DNA of 64,000 bases from Pseudomonas sp. (GCF_040514055.1 NZ_JBEVDL010000094.1:11386-75385); one strand, 5' to 3'; shown: positions 47,900 through 62,000, counted from the stretch's first letter. Notes: a model not told the origin generated them from the letters alone. Numbers and translations are program-made.

Positions 47900-50320
47900 T
47901 TAGAACAGGTCGATCGGCGCGCTTTCGTCCGCGGGTAGCGGGCTGCCCGGAATGCCGAAGCCGGGCTCCAGCTCGCTCATGGGCGGAGGCGTGTCTTCGC
48001 TCTTGAACAGCTCGAAATAGGCGTCCGGCGTTCCAGGCGAGGCGGCCCGTCCGCTCAGGGGGTCGATGCGCAAGGTCAGCAGCCCGGCCGGCTCGGCTGG
48101 TGCGTGGCTCGGTTTGTCCTTGAGTGCGATGCCCATGAAGGTCATCCAGATGGGCAGCGCCACGGTGCCGCCATACTCCGTACGGCCCAGGCTCTCGGGT
48201 TGATCGAAGCCCGCCCAGACGGTGGTGACATAGTCGGCGTTATAGCCGGAAAACCAGCTGTCCTTGGATTCGTTGGTGGTGCCAGTCTTGCCAGCCAGGT
48301 CGTCGCGGCCCAGGGCCATGGCGCGGCGGCCGGTGCCGCGCTTGATCACGTCTTGCAGCATGCTGGTCATGATATAGGCAGTGCGTTCGTCGATGATGCG
48401 CTCAGCTACGGCAGGGGGGGCGGTGGTTACGCCGTTGTCGCTGGTGACGACGACAGGCTCAGGACTTTCGGCGGGTTTCGCCGCTTCCTTGCCGGGCACG
48501 CTGGGCGGGTTGGCAGTAAACAGTGGTTTGCCTTCGCGACTGTCGATGCGCGAGATCAGGTACGGCTGCACCTTATGCCCGCCATTGGCGAAGACTACCC
48601 AGCCGCCCGCCACTTCCAGCGGGGTCAGGTTGGCGGTGCCCAGTGCCAGTGACAGGTTGGGCGGCAGGTCCTGTTTGTTAAAGCCAAAGCGGCTGACGTA
48701 GTCCAGGGTGTACTCGATGCCGATGGCCTGCAGCAGGCGGATCGAGACCAGATTGCGAGACTTGTACAGGGCTTCGCGCAGGCGGATAGGACCGAGGAAT
48801 GTGTTGTTGTCGTTCTTCGGGCGCCAGACCTTGTCCAGGTACTCGTCGACGAACACGATGGGCGCGTCGTTAACCAGGGTGGCGGCGGTATAGCCCTTGT
48901 CCAGCGCGGCGCTGTAGACGAAGGGCTTGAAGCTGGAGCCAGGTTGACGTTTGGCTTGGAGGGCGCGGTTGTAATTGCTTTGCTCGAACGAGAAGCCGCC
49001 CACCAACGCCCGAATCGCGCCGTTCTGAGGGTCCAGCGACACCAGTGCGCTCTGCGCAGCGGGAATCTGCGAGAGTTGCAGGCTGCCTTCGGTCGTATGC
49101 TGGACCCGTACCACGTCGCCTATCGCCAGCACGTCGCTGGGTTGCTTCGGGCGCGGACCGAGGCTGTTGGTGTTTAGGAAGGGGCGTGCCCATTTCATGC
49201 TGTCCCAGGGTAGCGGTGCTTCCTGTCCGTCACGGGTCAGTACCATGGCGCCACTTTTCTCGACCTGGATGACCACGGCTGGATCGAGGCCGTTCATGCC
49301 CTTGAACTTGGCCAGCTCGAGGAGCCAGGCTTCCCTGGTCATGCCTGGGAGGCGGGATTCCGGGCCGCGATAGCCGTGGCGTTGATCGTAGGCCAGCAAG
49401 CCCTCCTTTAACGCCTGGTTAGCCGCTTGTTGAAGATCGCTGGGGACCGTGGTGGTGACGTGGAAGCCTTCGGTGTACGCCTCGCTGCCATAGCGGCCGA
49501 CCATCTCGGCGCGCGCCATTTCGGCGATGTAGGGCGCATCTAGCTCGGGCGTCGGCACGTGATAACTGACGTTCACTGGCTCATCCACGGCCGCCTGGTA
49601 GCGTGCCTGATCGATACGCCCAAGCTTGTGCATGCGTCCGAGGATCCAGTCGCGGCGTTCCTGGGCGCGGGTCGGATTAATCAGGGGATTGAAGCGGGAA
49701 GGCGCCTTGGGCAGGCCGGCGATCATCGCCAGCTGGGCCAGGCTCAGCTCGCGAATGGATTTGCCGTAATAAACCTGGGAGGCCGCCTCGATACCGTACG
49801 CTCGGTTGCCGAGGTAGATTTTGTTCACGTACAGTTCGAGGATCTCATCCTTGCTGAGCTCGCGTTCGATCTGCAACGCCAGTAGGATCTCGCTGATCTT
49901 GCGCGAGAAGCTGCGCTCACTGCTGAGGAAGAAGTTCTTCGCCACCTGCATGGTGATGGTGCTGCCGCCGGACTGAATCTGCCCGCTTTTCAATAATTGC
50001 GTGGCAGCGCGCATCAGGCTGCTGAGGTCGACGCCATAATGGTTGGCGAAATTGTCATCCTCGGCTGCGAGGAGGGCGAGGATGAAATCCTTGGGAATAT
50101 CGGCGAATTTGATCGGCGAGCGGCGCATCTCGCCAAACTCGGCGATCAGCTTGGCATCGCTGCTGTAGACTCGCAGGGGGATCTGCAGCTGGATGCGGCG
50201 CAGCGACTCGACGGACGGAAGGCCGGGGCTAAGATAGAGGAAGGTGCCGCTGAAACTGAGCATCAGCCCACAAAAAACGGCAACGCAGGACCACCAGAAA
50301 AACTTCAGCAGGCGCATCAA
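47900..50320 (-). CDS. mrcA: Penicillin-binding protein 1A
   Basis: AAEDDNF, GGSTITMQ, RKISE transglycosylase motifs; QPGSSFK (SxxK), SRN, KTGTT. Confidence 0.97.
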   Translation of the reverse strand: MMRLLKFFWWSCVAVFCGLMLSFSGTFLYLSPGLPSVESLRRIQLQIPLRVYSSDAKLIAEFGEMRRSPIKFADIPKDFILALLAAEDDNFANHYGVDLSSLMRAATQLLKSGQIQSGGSTITMQVAKNFFLSSERSFSRKISEILLALQIERELSKDEILELYVNKIYLGNRAYGIEAASQVYYGKSIRELSLAQLAMIAGLPKAPSRFNPLINPTRAQERRDWILGRMHKLGRIDQARYQAAVDEPVNVSYHVPTPELDAPYIAEMARAEMVGRYGSEAYTEGFHVTTTVPSDLQQAANQALKEGLLAYDQRHGYRGPESRLPGMTREAWLLELAKFKGMNGLDPAVVIQVEKSGAMVLTRDGQEAPLPWDSMKWARPFLNTNSLGPRPKQPSDVLAIGDVVRVQHTTEGSLQLSQIPAAQSALVSLDPQNGAIRALVGGFSFEQSNYNRALQAKRQPGSSFKPFVYSAALDKGYTAATLVNDAPIVFVDEYLDKVWRPKNDNNTFLGPIRLREALYKSRNLVSIRLLQAIGIEYTLDYVSRFGFNKQDLPPNLSLALGTANLTPLEVAGGWVVFANGGHKVQPYLISRIDSREGKPLFTANPPSVPGKEAAKPAESPEPVVVTSDNGVTTAPPAVAERIIDERTAYIMTSMLQDVIKRGTGRRAMALGRDDLAGKTGTTNESKDSWFSGYNADYVTTVWAGFDQPESLGRTEYGGTVALPIWMTFMGIALKDKPSHAPAEPAGLLTLRIDPLSGRAASPGTPDAYFELFKSEDTPPPMSELEPGFGIPGSPLPADESAPIDLF

Positions 50321-50474
50321 GATTCGTGGATTTCCAGGTAAAAGAATGGGTTAAGCGCAAGGTTATGCGAAAAGGGGAAAACTGTTCACATTATAAGCGC
50401 TTTTTTTCCTGGGTAGCCATTTGCGCTTATGTCAAGACTGTTATTTAATGTGAAAAAACATAAATAGTCCGTAA

Positions 50475-51565
<1,091 letters not shown>

Positions 51566-51566
<1 letters not shown>

Positions 51567-52138
51567 TGGCACGGATTAACCTTCTCCCGTGGCGCGAGCA
51601 GCTTCGCGAAGAGCGCAAGCAGCGTTTCCTGGTCACCCTGGCGGGTGTGCTGATAGTGGCCTGTGGCGTGATCTTCCTGGGTGATCAATACCTTGGTCGA
51701 GCGATTGAGCAGCAAACGGCACGCAACGATTTCGTCCGCAAGGAGATCGCCGTGCTGGACGCACGGATCAAAGAGATCAGCGAGCTTAAGGCCAAGCGCC
51801 AGCAACTGCTTGAGCGAATGAAGATCATTCAAGACCTCCAAGGCAATCGCCCTATTATTGGGCGGATTTTCGATCAGTTCGCGCGTACCCTGCCCGACGG
51901 TGTTTATTTCAACAGCCTCAAGATGACCGGCAAGACCATTCAGGTTGACGGGGCTGCGGAGTCGAACAACCGAGTATCCAATCTGATGCGTAATTTGGAT
52001 GCGTCGGAATGGATGAATGGTTCAACGCTTAATCAAGTGAAAGCCACCACTGCTGGGGCTGTCGATCAAGCCAACGTCTTTAAGCTGACCGTGCAGCAAA
52101 CACAGCCGAGCATCGAAGCAGAAGGAGTCAAAAAATGA
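51566..52138 (+). CDS. pilN: Type IV pilus assembly protein
   Basis: ARINLLPWRE motif. Confidence 0.96.
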
Positions 52139-52758
52139 GTTTGTCTGCCTCGATGGATAGCTTTCGGAAAGTTGATTTCAGTGAGCTGGATCTCAATAAC
52201 ATTGGCTCCTGGCCGGGCGTCATAAAAGGCCTTGCTTGTATTGTCTTAATGGCCGCTGTGCTGGGGGTTGGTTATAATTTCCATCTGAAAGAAATTCAGG
52301 TGCGGCTTGAGCAATTGAAAGCTGAAGAGCAAGCGCTGAAGCAGCAGTTCACGACCAAGGCGTTTCAGGCGGCCAATCTGGAAGCTTATAAAGACCAGAT
52401 GAAGGAAATGGAAATATCTTTTGGTGCGCTGTTGCGTCAGTTGCCCAGTGACACCGAGGTTCCGGGCCTGCTCGAGGATATTACCCGTACTGGTTTGGGC
52501 AGCGGACTTGAGTTCGAAGAGATCAAGTTATTGCCTGAAGTGACCCAGCAATTTTACATCGAGCTACCCATACAGATTGCCGTGGTTGGGGCTTATCATG
52601 ATTTGGGTACCTTTGTCAGTGGTGTGGCCAGCTTGCCGCGAATCGTCACCTTGCATGATTTTGAGATTAAAGCGCTTGATCCGGAAGTCAGTACGTCGAA
52701 GCTGCGCATGACGATCTTGGCCAAGACTTATCGTTATAACGACAAGGGGGCACAGTAA
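52135..52758 (+). CDS. pilO: Type IV pilus assembly protein
   Basis: LLRQLPSDTEVPGLLEDI, LPRIVTLHD. Confidence 0.96.
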   Translation: MSLSASMDSFRKVDFSELDLNNIGSWPGVIKGLACIVLMAAVLGVGYNFHLKEIQVRLEQLKAEEQALKQQFTTKAFQAANLEAYKDQMKEMEISFGALLRQLPSDTEVPGLLEDITRTGLGSGLEFEEIKLLPEVTQQFYIELPIQIAVVGAYHDLGTFVSGVASLPRIVTLHDFEIKALDPEVSTSKLRMTILAKTYRYNDKGAQ

Positions 52759-53288
52759 TGACCTGTTCCCGTCTGCTTTTATGTGGGTTGGCCAGTTTGA
52801 TGCTTGCGGGTTGTGAGCGAGGCGGCGGTTTTAGCGACCTGCAGGCGTACATGGATGGAGTTCGTGCGCAGCCTAAGGGGTCGATTGAGCCGCTTCCTAA
52901 ATTTCAAGCTTATGAAGCCTTTACGTACAGTGCTGCTTCATTGCGAAGCCCTTTTCAGCCGCCAGTTAAAATCGATCTATTGGCCAAGCAGAAAGGCTCG
53001 CAGGACGTCAAGCCCGACGATACTCGGGTTAAACAGTTCCTCGAAGGCTTCAATATCGAGGTCTTTGAGATGGTCGGTACACTTACTAAGGAAGGTACTG
53101 TCTTTGCACTGGTCAGTGGTGCCGGTGGCGTCCACCGAATCAAAGTGGGGGATTACCTGGGGCGCAATCACGGGCGCATCTTGTCAATCAATGAAGCGGC
53201 TGTCGATGTGGTCGAAATTGTCCCCGATGGCGAGGATGGTTGGCTCGAGCGGCCTCGTAGTCTCTCTCTGAAGGAGCGCTCTGAATAG
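52758..53288 (+). CDS. pilP: Type IV pilus lipoprotein
   Basis: Lipobox LAGC, LRSPF, LEGFNIE, YLGRNHGRI. Confidence 0.95.
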   Translation: MTCSRLLLCGLASLMLAGCERGGGFSDLQAYMDGVRAQPKGSIEPLPKFQAYEAFTYSAASLRSPFQPPVKIDLLAKQKGSQDVKPDDTRVKQFLEGFNIEVFEMVGTLTKEGTVFALVSGAGGVHRIKVGDYLGRNHGRILSINEAAVDVVEIVPDGEDGWLERPRSLSLKERSE

Positions 53289-53339
53289 GGCGGGGTGGAT
53301 ATGAAGAATAATTACCGGTCTATACAACGGAACCTGAGA

Positions 53340-55490
53340 ATGAACAGCTCCTTTTCGCGCCTCGGCATTTCCATTTTGATGGCGGTCGTATCGCCAACGC
53401 TTTTTGCGGCAGATCTGAAAGCGTTGAATGTTGCCGCGCTTCCAGGCGATCGTGTTGAGCTCAAACTCTCCTTCGATGAGCCTGTTGTGGCCCCTCGCGG
53501 ATACACCATTGAGCAGCCTGCCCGCATCGCTCTCGATTTGCCGGGTGTCGCTAACAAATTAGGCGAAAAGAATCGCGAGTTGGGTGTGGGTAATGCCCGT
53601 AGCGTGACCTTGGTTGAAGCCAAGGATCGCACCCGCTTGATCATCAATCTGAACAACCTTGCGCAGTACAGCACCCGAGTCGAGGGTAATGATCTGTATG
53701 TGATCGTCGGCGAAGGCGCTGCGGTAGCGGGCGCTTCTTCGCGGCCAGCGGCTGCGCCGGTTGCCGTTCAACCGGTCAAGGCCTACGCCCCTCTCGGCAA
53801 GGCAATTAGCAATATCGATTTTCGGCGTGGCGAGCAGGGCGAGGGCAATATTGTTATTCAGTTGTCCGATCCTGCGGTAACGCCTGATATCCAGGAGCAG
53901 GGTGGCAAAATTCGTTTGGATTTTGCTAAGACCCAGTTGCCGGAAGCACTTCGCGTGCGGCTTGATGTGAAGGATTTTGCCACGCCAGTGCAATTCGTGA
54001 ATGCCAGCAGCACATCGGATAAGGCGACCATCACGATCGAGCCCACCGGGCTTTACGATTACCTGGCGTTTCAGACAGATGACAAGCTGACCATCAGCGT
54101 CAAGCCATTGACGAAAGAAGATGCTGACAAGCGCAAGGCGCAGGCCTTTGCCTACACTGGCGAAAAGCTGTCCTTGAACTTTCAGGATATCGACGTGCGT
54201 TCGGTGTTGCAGTTGATCGCTGACTTTACCGATTTGAACCTGGTTGCCAGTGATACGGTTGAAGGCAACATCACCCTGCGTCTGCAGAACGTCCCGTGGG
54301 ACCAGGCGTTGGACTTGGTATTGAAAACCAAAGGCCTGGACAAGCGTAAAATTGGCAACGTGTTGCTCGTGGCGCCGGCAGAAGAAATTGCTGCGCGGGA
54401 GCGTCAGGAGCTGGAATCGCAAAAGCAGGTTGCAGAGTTGGCACCGCTGCGTAAAGAAATTATCCAGTTGAACTACGCCAAGGCGTCTGATATCGCCAAG
54501 TTGTATGAGGACAACTCCAAGGAAGGTGAGCTGAAAGACGATATGCGTGGTTCGGTTATTTACGATGACCGCACCAACAGCCTAATCGTGACCCTAACCC
54601 AAGAGCGGATAGATGAGCTACGGCGTATCGTCACTCAGCTGGATATTCCGGTTCGTCAGGTCATGATCGAGGCGCGCATCGTCGAAGCCAACGTGGACTA
54701 CGACAAGAGCTTGGGTGTGCGTTGGGGCGGTAACCTGTTTGGCAGCGTGAACAACAACAGTCTGGCCGCTTGGGGCAAGAATGGCAACGTCGGTGTGGCC
54801 GATGACCCGTTCGCGCAGGGCAAGCCCGGTGATGATGATTATATTCCCTCCAGAAGCGTCGCAGGCTTTCCTGGTATCCCAGAATACCCGCTGAATACAC
54901 CGTTTGTTGATATGGGTGTAGAGGCTGCAACCTCGGGTATCGGCATTGGCTTTATCACGGACAATATCCTGCTTGACCTGCAATTGTCGGCCATGGAAAA
55001 AACCGGTGACGGCGAAGTGGTGTCCCAGCCCAAGGTGGTGACCTCGGACAAGGAAACCGCGAAAATCCTGAAAGGCGCTGAGATTCCTTATCAGGAGGCC
55101 AGCTCCAGCGGTGCCACCACCACTTCCTTTAAAGAGGCGGCGCTGTCTCTCGAAGTGACGCCACAAATCACGCCAGATAACCGCATTATCATGGAAGTGA
55201 AAGTCACTAAGGATGCTCCGGACTTTGGTAACGCGGTCAATGGCGTGCCGCCGATCAACAAGAACGAAGTGAATGCCAAGGTCTTGGTCAGTGATGGTGA
55301 AACCATCGTAATTGGCGGGGTGTTCTCCAACACCCAGAGCAGCTCGGTTGAGAAGGTGCCTTTCCTCGGCGATGTTCCCTACCTGGGTCGCCTGTTCAGA
55401 AAAGACATCGTGCAGGACAAGAAGTCGGAACTGCTGGTGTTTCTCACGCCGCGTATCATGAATAACCAGGCCATTGCAGTGAGTCGTTGA
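53340..55490 (+). CDS. pilQ: Type IV pilus secretin
   Basis: AMIN domains, [46 protein letters not shown]; start placed at ATG 53340. Confidence 0.97.
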   Translation: MNSSFSRLGISILMAVVSPTLFAADLKALNVAALPGDRVELKLSFDEPVVAPRGYTIEQPARIALDLPGVANKLGEKNRELGVGNARSVTLVEAKDRTRLIINLNNLAQYSTRVEGNDLYVIVGEGAAVAGASSRPAAAPVAVQPVKAYAPLGKAISNIDFRRGEQGEGNIVIQLSDPAVTPDIQEQGGKIRLDFAKTQLPEALRVRLDVKDFATPVQFVNASSTSDKATITIEPTGLYDYLAFQTDDKLTISVKPLTKEDADKRKAQAFAYTGEKLSLNFQDIDVRSVLQLIADFTDLNLVASDTVEGNITLRLQNVPWDQALDLVLKTKGLDKRKIGNVLLVAPAEEIAARERQELESQKQVAELAPLRKEIIQLNYAKASDIAKLYEDNSKEGELKDDMRGSVIYDDRTNSLIVTLTQERIDELRRIVTQLDIPVRQVMIEARIVEANVDYDKSLGVRWGGNLFGSVNNNSLAAWGKNGNVGVADDPFAQGKPGDDDYIPSRSVAGFPGIPEYPLNTPFVDMGVEAATSGIGIGFITDNILLDLQLSAMEKTGDGEVVSQPKVVTSDKETAKILKGAEIPYQEASSSGATTTSFKEAALSLEVTPQITPDNRIIMEVKVTKDAPDFGNAVNGVPPINKNEVNAKVLVSDGETIVIGGVFSNTQSSSVEKVPFLGDVPYLGRLFRKDIVQDKKSELLVFLTPRIMNNQAIAVSR

Positions 55491-55494
55491 TTCG

Positions 55495-56013
55495 GTGCGT
55501 AACCTGATTCTGGTAGGCCCGATGGGTGCGGGTAAAAGCACCATCGGGCGGTTGCTGGCCAAGGAGTTGCGGTTTCCGTTCAAGGATTCGGACAAGGAAA
55601 TCGAGCAGCGCACCGGTGCTAACATTCCCTGGATCTTCGATGTCGAAGGTGAGCAGGGTTTCCGTGAGCGCGAACAGGCAGTGATTGGTGAGCTCTGCGA
55701 GCTGCAAGGGGTGGTCTTGGCCACTGGTGGGGGGGCGGTAATGCGTCCAGAGAACCGTCAGGCGCTACGCAACGGTGGTCGGGTGGTCTACTTGCACACC
55801 TCGGTGGAGCAGCAACTGGACCGTACGTCCCGTGACCGCAATCGCCCGCTGCTGCGCACCCTGAACCCCGGCAAGGTGCTCGCCGACCTGATGGCCGTGC
55901 GTGATCCGCTGTACCGTGAAATCGCCGATGTGGTGGTCGAAACGGATGAGCGGCCGCCGCGTATGGTCGTACAGGAAATACTCGAACGCCTTGACGCGTT
56001 ACCTCCCCGTTAA
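55495..56013 (+). CDS. aroK: Shikimate kinase
   Basis: [20 protein letters not shown]. Confidence 0.97.
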   Translation: MRNLILVGPMGAGKSTIGRLLAKELRFPFKDSDKEIEQRTGANIPWIFDVEGEQGFREREQAVIGELCELQGVVLATGGGAVMRPENRQALRNGGRVVYLHTSVEQQLDRTSRDRNRPLLRTLNPGKVLADLMAVRDPLYREIADVVVETDERPPRMVVQEILERLDALPPR

Positions 56014-56062
56014 AGCGCGGGTCGATCTGCGCTATCCTATCGCCCTTTCTTATGGGGGCCCT

Positions 56063-57169
56063 ATGCAGACTCTTCAGGTCGAACTCGGTGAACGCAGCTA
56101 TCCCATCCATATCGGCGGGGATCTGCTGACGCGCCGAGAACTCTTCGCTCCGCATATCCGTGGTCAGCAGGTGGCGATAGTCACCAACGAGACCGTAGCG
56201 CCTTTGTATCTGCAGCGCTTGTGCGAGGCCCTGGCAGCCTATCAGGTGGTCCCGATCATTTTGCCGGACGGTGAGATTTTCAAGACCTGGGAGACCCTGC
56301 AAACCATTTTCGATGGCCTGCTGACGGCTCGCCATGACCGAACGACCACTGTAATTGCCCTGGGCGGCGGTGTGGTGGGCGACATGGCCGGTTTCGCCGC
56401 CTCCTGCTACCAGCGTGGCGTCGATTTTATCCAGGTGCCGACTACGCTGTTGTCCCAGGTCGACTCCTCGGTCGGCGGCAAGACCGGCATCAACCATCCG
56501 CTGGGCAAGAACATGGTCGGGGCTTTTTATCAGCCCCAGGCCGTGATCATCGATACTTCGACGTTAAGCAGCTTGCCGGCGCGTGAGTTGTCCGCCGGCC
56601 TGGCCGAGGTGATCAAGTACGGGTTGATTTGCGATGAGCCATTCCTGGGTTGGCTGGAAGCGCACATGCCGGCATTGCGAAGCCTCGAGCCCGAGGCCGT
56701 GACGGAGGCCGTCGCGCGCTCCTGTTTGGCCAAGGCGCGGGTAGTGGGTGCCGATGAGCGCGAGTCAGGTGTGCGCGCCACCCTCAATCTGGGCCATACC
56801 TTTGGCCACGCGATCGAGACTCACATGGGCTACGGTGTTTGGCTGCACGGTGAGGCGGTGTCCGCCGGCACCGTGATGGCGCTGGAAATGTCACAGCGTC
56901 TGGGCTGGTTGAGTGCGGCCCAGCGAGACCGTGGAATACGCTTGTTACAGGCGGCCGGTTTGCCGGTGGTGCCGCCACAGGCCATGGCCCCGGACGATTT
57001 CCTCGAGCACATGGCAGTCGATAAAAAAGTCATCGCGGGTCGTTTGCGTCTGGTGCTGTTGAAGCAACTGGGCGCGGCGGTAGTGACCGGCGACTTCCCT
57101 CGCGAAATCTTGGATGCCACCCTGCGCGCGGACTACCGCGGCCTGGTGGATCAGCTAACAGAGCAATGA
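56063..57169 (+). CDS. aroB: 3-dehydroquinate synthase
   Basis: [35 protein letters not shown]. Confidence 0.97.
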   Translation: MQTLQVELGERSYPIHIGGDLLTRRELFAPHIRGQQVAIVTNETVAPLYLQRLCEALAAYQVVPIILPDGEIFKTWETLQTIFDGLLTARHDRTTTVIALGGGVVGDMAGFAASCYQRGVDFIQVPTTLLSQVDSSVGGKTGINHPLGKNMVGAFYQPQAVIIDTSTLSSLPARELSAGLAEVIKYGLICDEPFLGWLEAHMPALRSLEPEAVTEAVARSCLAKARVVGADERESGVRATLNLGHTFGHAIETHMGYGVWLHGEAVSAGTVMALEMSQRLGWLSAAQRDRGIRLLQAAGLPVVPPQAMAPDDFLEHMAVDKKVIAGRLRLVLLKQLGAAVVTGDFPREILDATLRADYRGLVDQLTEQ

Positions 57170-57176
57170 GAACCCC

Positions 57177-58811
57177 ATGACCAGTCTGCATGCCGACGAG
57201 GCCTTCCTCGGCCACTACCAGTTCACTCACGACCCTTTCGCAGCGCGGGTCCCGGGTTTCAAGTTTTTTCCGGCTCAGCGCAAGCCGGTGCTCGGCCAGT
57301 TACATCACCTGGCCCGCTACAGCCAGTTGCTGCTGGTGGTCAGTGGTCCCGAGGGCAGCGGCAAGACACTGCTGCGCCAAGCCTTGGTGGCCAGCACCAA
57401 CAAACAGGCGGTGCATAATCTGGTGGTGTCCGCGCGCGGTGCGGCGGATCCGGCCAGCCTGCTGGCGCAGATTGCCCAGGCCCTGAGTTCCGCCCCGGCC
57501 GATGTCAGCAGTATCCTGGGCCAGGTCGCGCAGTTGGCGTTGACTGGTCAGGAGGTGTACCTGCTGGTGGATGATGCCGAGCTGCTCAGCGAGGCGGCGC
57601 TCGAGGTGCTGTTGCTGCTGACAGCAGGCAACGCCCAGGGGCGGCCCCATGTGTTCTTGTTCGGGGAGTCCTCGTTATTGCCGCGTCTGGAACTGCTGGC
57701 CGACGGTGAAGAGCGTTTTCATGCCATCGAACTGCTGCCCTATACCGAAGAGGAAACCCGCGAGTACCTGGCCCAGCGCTTGGAAGGGGCGGGACAGGGG
57801 CTGGGTATATTGTCCAGCGAGCAGGTGGCGGACATCCACCTGCAGTCGGCCGGATGGCCGGGGGCCATCAACCTGATCGCCCGCGAGACCTTGGTCGAAG
57901 CCATGCTGGCTCAGCGCGGCAGCGCCAAGCGTGGTGGCTTCAGCCTGCCGAAAAAGCACCTGCTGGCGCTGCTGGTGGTGGCGATGGGCGTGGGTGCCGC
58001 CTGGTTTATGCAGGGCGGTGACAAAACCCAGCCGGGCGTCCCCGTGGTCGCCGAGTTGCCGTTGCAGCCTGCGGCTCCGGTAGCGGTAGAGGCTGGAGCG
58101 CCGCCGGCAATCGAATTCGACGGATCGAGTCAGCCGGCGCAGGCGCCGTTGGTGGGCGAGGCGCAGCCAGTGATTCGCGAGCCCCTGGCCCAGGCCTCCG
58201 GATTGGAAGAGGGCGAGGAGGGCGCAGCGATGCCCGGTGGGCCATCTGACCCCGTAGCCCCAGCGAACGCCAGTGAGCCCGTTGCTGTAGCGCCGGTGGA
58301 GCCGGTGACGCAGCCTGTGCCCGCGCCGCCTGCGGTAGCCGCGCCGACGACACCGCTTCCCGTGGTTGTGGCGCCTGAGCCTGTGGCAAAGCCACCCGTC
58401 GTGGTAGCGCCCAAGCCGGCGGAAAAAACCCCTGTCGTGGTCGCGCCTAAGCCGGTGGAAAAGCCGCCGGTGATCAAGGCGCCTGAGAAAACGACCGCCC
58501 CCGCCGTGGCCAGTGCAGGTGCCGCTGGCGAGTGGTACCGCGGTCAGACCAGCGGGCATTTCGCGCTGCAGATCCTCGGCACCAGCTCGGAAAGCGGCGC
58601 CAAGGCCTATGTCGCTCAGCAAGGGGGGGAGTACCACTACTTCAAGAAAATGCACCAGGGCAAACCGCTCTACGTGGTGACCTATGGTAGCTTTGCCACT
58701 CGCCCGGCGGCGCAGGCGGCGATCAAGGCTCTGCCCGCCAAGGTCCAGGCCAGCAAGCCCTGGCCCCGTACCTTCGCCAGCATTCAGCAGGACGTCGCCC
58801 GGGCGCGCTAG
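57177..58811 (+). CDS. damX: AAA + SPOR cell division protein (DamX-like)
   Basis: GPEGSGKT Walker A, TM, Pro/Val-rich linker with ~12-aa repeats (PVVVAPKPAEKT), C-terminal SPOR; follows aroB. Confidence 0.85.
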   Translation: MTSLHADEAFLGHYQFTHDPFAARVPGFKFFPAQRKPVLGQLHHLARYSQLLLVVSGPEGSGKTLLRQALVASTNKQAVHNLVVSARGAADPASLLAQIAQALSSAPADVSSILGQVAQLALTGQEVYLLVDDAELLSEAALEVLLLLTAGNAQGRPHVFLFGESSLLPRLELLADGEERFHAIELLPYTEEETREYLAQRLEGAGQGLGILSSEQVADIHLQSAGWPGAINLIARETLVEAMLAQRGSAKRGGFSLPKKHLLALLVVAMGVGAAWFMQGGDKTQPGVPVVAELPLQPAAPVAVEAGAPPAIEFDGSSQPAQAPLVGEAQPVIREPLAQASGLEEGEEGAAMPGGPSDPVAPANASEPVAVAPVEPVTQPVPAPPAVAAPTTPLPVVVAPEPVAKPPVVVAPKPAEKTPVVVAPKPVEKPPVIKAPEKTTAPAVASAGAAGEWYRGQTSGHFALQILGTSSESGAKAYVAQQGGEYHYFKKMHQGKPLYVVTYGSFATRPAAQAAIKALPAKVQASKPWPRTFASIQQDVARAR

Positions 58812-59049
58812 TCGCCATGGGCACTGTCTGACCGGGTAGTCGCTAGCACGACCTCCCGGTCAAATCCTTCTATCAAAGCGACATAAATTTTCGCGCAGTC
58901 GTCACGAGAATTTGTGAGCCTTCCGGCGGCTGTGTACAATGACCTCCCTTTTGCCTGCGCAAAGCTGGCGTATCGTCCTGCGTGCATGGTAAGTGCTTGA
59001 AATGTAAAGTAAAACGCCTTGTTTTTAGGCGCCTGGTGAGAGTCTCCCT

Positions 59050-62000
59050 ATGAAAGCAGGTCTGTACCATCCTGATGAGTTCAAGGATAACTGCGGCTTC
59101 GGCCTGATCGCTCATATGCAGGGCGAGGCTAGCCATCACCTGCTGCAGACCGCCATCGAGGCGTTGACCTGCATGACCCACCGTGGCGGCATCAACGCCG
59201 ACGGCAAGACCGGGGACGGGTGCGGGTTGCTGCTGCAGAAGCCGGACATCTTCCTGCGTGCCATGGCCCGGGAACACTTTGCCGTTGACCTGCCCAAGCA
59301 GTACGCCGTGGGTATGGTGTTCTTCAACCAGGACGCGGCCAAGGCCGAGCTCGCGCGCGAGTGCATGAACCGCGAGATCCTGGCGGCGGGCCTGAGCCTG
59401 GTCGGTTGGCGCCTGGTGCCTATCGACACCAGCGTCCTGGGCCGCCTGGCCCTGGAGCGGCTGCCGCGCATCGAGCAGGTGTTCGTTTCCGGTGAAGGCC
59501 TGAGCGATCAGGACTTCGCCATCAAGCTGTTCAGCGCCCGGCGCCGTTCCTCGGTAGCCAATGCCGCCGACAGCGAGCACTACATCTGCAGCCTGTCGCA
59601 CAAGACCATCATCTACAAAGGCCTGATGATGCCGGCCGACCTGCAGCAGTTCTACCCGGACCTGGGTGACGAGCGCCTGCAGACCGCCATCTGTGTGTTC
59701 CACCAGCGTTTTTCCACCAATACCCTGCCGAAATGGCCGCTGGCCCAACCGTTCCGCTTTCTTGCCCACAACGGCGAGATCAACACCATCACCGGCAACC
59801 GCAACTGGGCCCAGGCGCGGCGTACCAAGTTTGCCAATGAACTGATCCCCGACCTGGACGAGCTGGGCCCGCTGGTCAATCGCGTGGGTTCGGACTCCTC
59901 GAGCATGGACAACATGCTTGAGCTGATGGTCACCGGAGGCATCGACCTGTTCCGCGGCGTGCGCATGCTGATTCCGCCAGCCTGGCAAAACGTCGAGACC
60001 ATGGACGCCGACTTGCGTGCCTTCTACGAATTCAACTCCATGCACATGGAGCCCTGGGACGGCCCAGCGGGCGTGGTCTTGACCGACGGTCGCCACGCGG
60101 TGTGCCTGCTCGACCGCAACGGCCTGCGCCCGGCGCGCTGGGTGACCACCACCAACGGTTACATCACCCTGGCCTCGGAGATCGGCGTCTGGGGCTACCG
60201 CCCGGACGAAGTGATCGCCAAAGGCCGCGTCGGCCCGGGGCAGATTTTCGCGGTCGACACCGAAACCGGTCAGGTGCTGAGCACCGACGATATCGACAAT
60301 CGCCTGAAGTCGCGTCACCCCTACAAGCAGTGGCTGCGCAAGAATGCCCTGCGCATTCGCGCGACCCTGGACGATAACGATCATGGCTCGGCGTTCTACG
60401 AAGTCGACCGGCTCAAGCACTACATGAAGATGTTCCAGGTCACCTTCGAGGAGCGTGATCAGGTGCTGCGCCCGTTGGCCGAGCAGGGCCAGGAAGCGGT
60501 GGGCTCCATGGGCGACGATACGCCGATGGCGGTGCTGTCGCGGCGGGTACGCTCGACCTACGACTATTTCCGCCAGCAATTCGCCCAGGTGACCAATCCG
60601 CCGATCGATCCGCTGCGTGAAGCCATCGTCATGTCCCTGGAGATCTGCCTGGGTGCCGAGCGCAATATTTTCGAGGAGTCGCCCGAGCACGCCAGCCGCG
60701 TGATCCTCAGCTCGCCAGTGATTTCGCCGGCCAAGTGGCGCGCCTTGATGGAACTGGACCGCCCGGGTTTCGAGCGCCAGCTGATCGACCTCAACTACGA
60801 TGAGTCGGTCGGGCTGGAAGCCGCCGTGCGCAACATGGCCGACCAGGCCGAAGAGGCCGTGCGCGGTGGCAAGACCCTGCTGGTGCTGAGCGACCGGGCT
60901 ATCGCCGAGGGCAAGTTGCCCGCCCACGCCTCCCTGGTGACCGGCGCGGTGCACCATCGCCTGGTGGAAAAGGGCCTGCGTTGCGACTGCAATATCCTGG
61001 TGGAAACCGCCACCGCGCGCGACCCGCACCACTACGCGGTGCTGCTGGGCTTTGGGGCGTCGGCGGTCTACCCCTTCCTCGCCTATGAAGTGCTGGGCGA
61101 CCTGATCCGTACCGGCGAAGTGCTGGGCGATCTCTACGAAGTCTTCAAGCATTACCGCAAGGGCATCTCCAAGGGGCTGCTGAAGATCCTCTCGAAGATG
61201 GGCATTTCCACCGTGGCGTCCTACCGTGGCGCGCAGCTGTTCGAGGCGGTCGGCCTGTCCGACGAGGTGGTCGAACTGTGTTTCCGTGGCGTGGCCAGCC
61301 GGATCAAGGGCGCGCGTTTCGTCGACATCGAGGCCGAGCAGAAGCTGCTGGCCCAGGAAGCCTGGAACAACCGCAAGCAGATCCAGCAGGGCGGTTTGCT
61401 CAAGTTCGTCTACGGCGGCGAGTACCACGCCTACAACCCGGACGTGGTCAACACCCTGCAGGCGGCCGTGCAGCAGGGCAGCTACGCCAAATTCAAGGAA
61501 TACACCACGCTGGTCGACACCCGCCCGGTGTCGATGATCCGCGACCTGCTGCAGGTGAAACTGGCCGAACAGCCGCTGGCGCTGGAGCAGGTCGAGCCGC
61601 TGGAGGCCATCCTCAAGCGTTTCGATTCCGCCGGGATCTCCCTCGGCGCCTTGTCGCCGGAAGCCCACGAGGCCATCGCCGAGGCGATGAACCGCCTGGG
61701 CGCGCGCTCCAACTCCGGTGAGGGCGGCGAAGACCCTGCCCGTTACGGCACGGTCAAGAGCTCGAAGATCAAGCAGGTGGCGACCGGCCGGTTCGGCGTC
61801 ACTCCGGAATACCTGGTCAACGCCGAGGTGCTGCAGATCAAGGTCGCCCAGGGCGCCAAGCCCGGCGAGGGCGGCCAGCTGCCCGGTGGCAAGGTCAACG
61901 GCCTGATCGCCCGGCTGCGCTATGCGGTGCCCGGCGTGACCCTGATCTCGCCGCCGCCGCACCACGATATCTACTCCATCGAGGACCTGGCGCAGCTGAT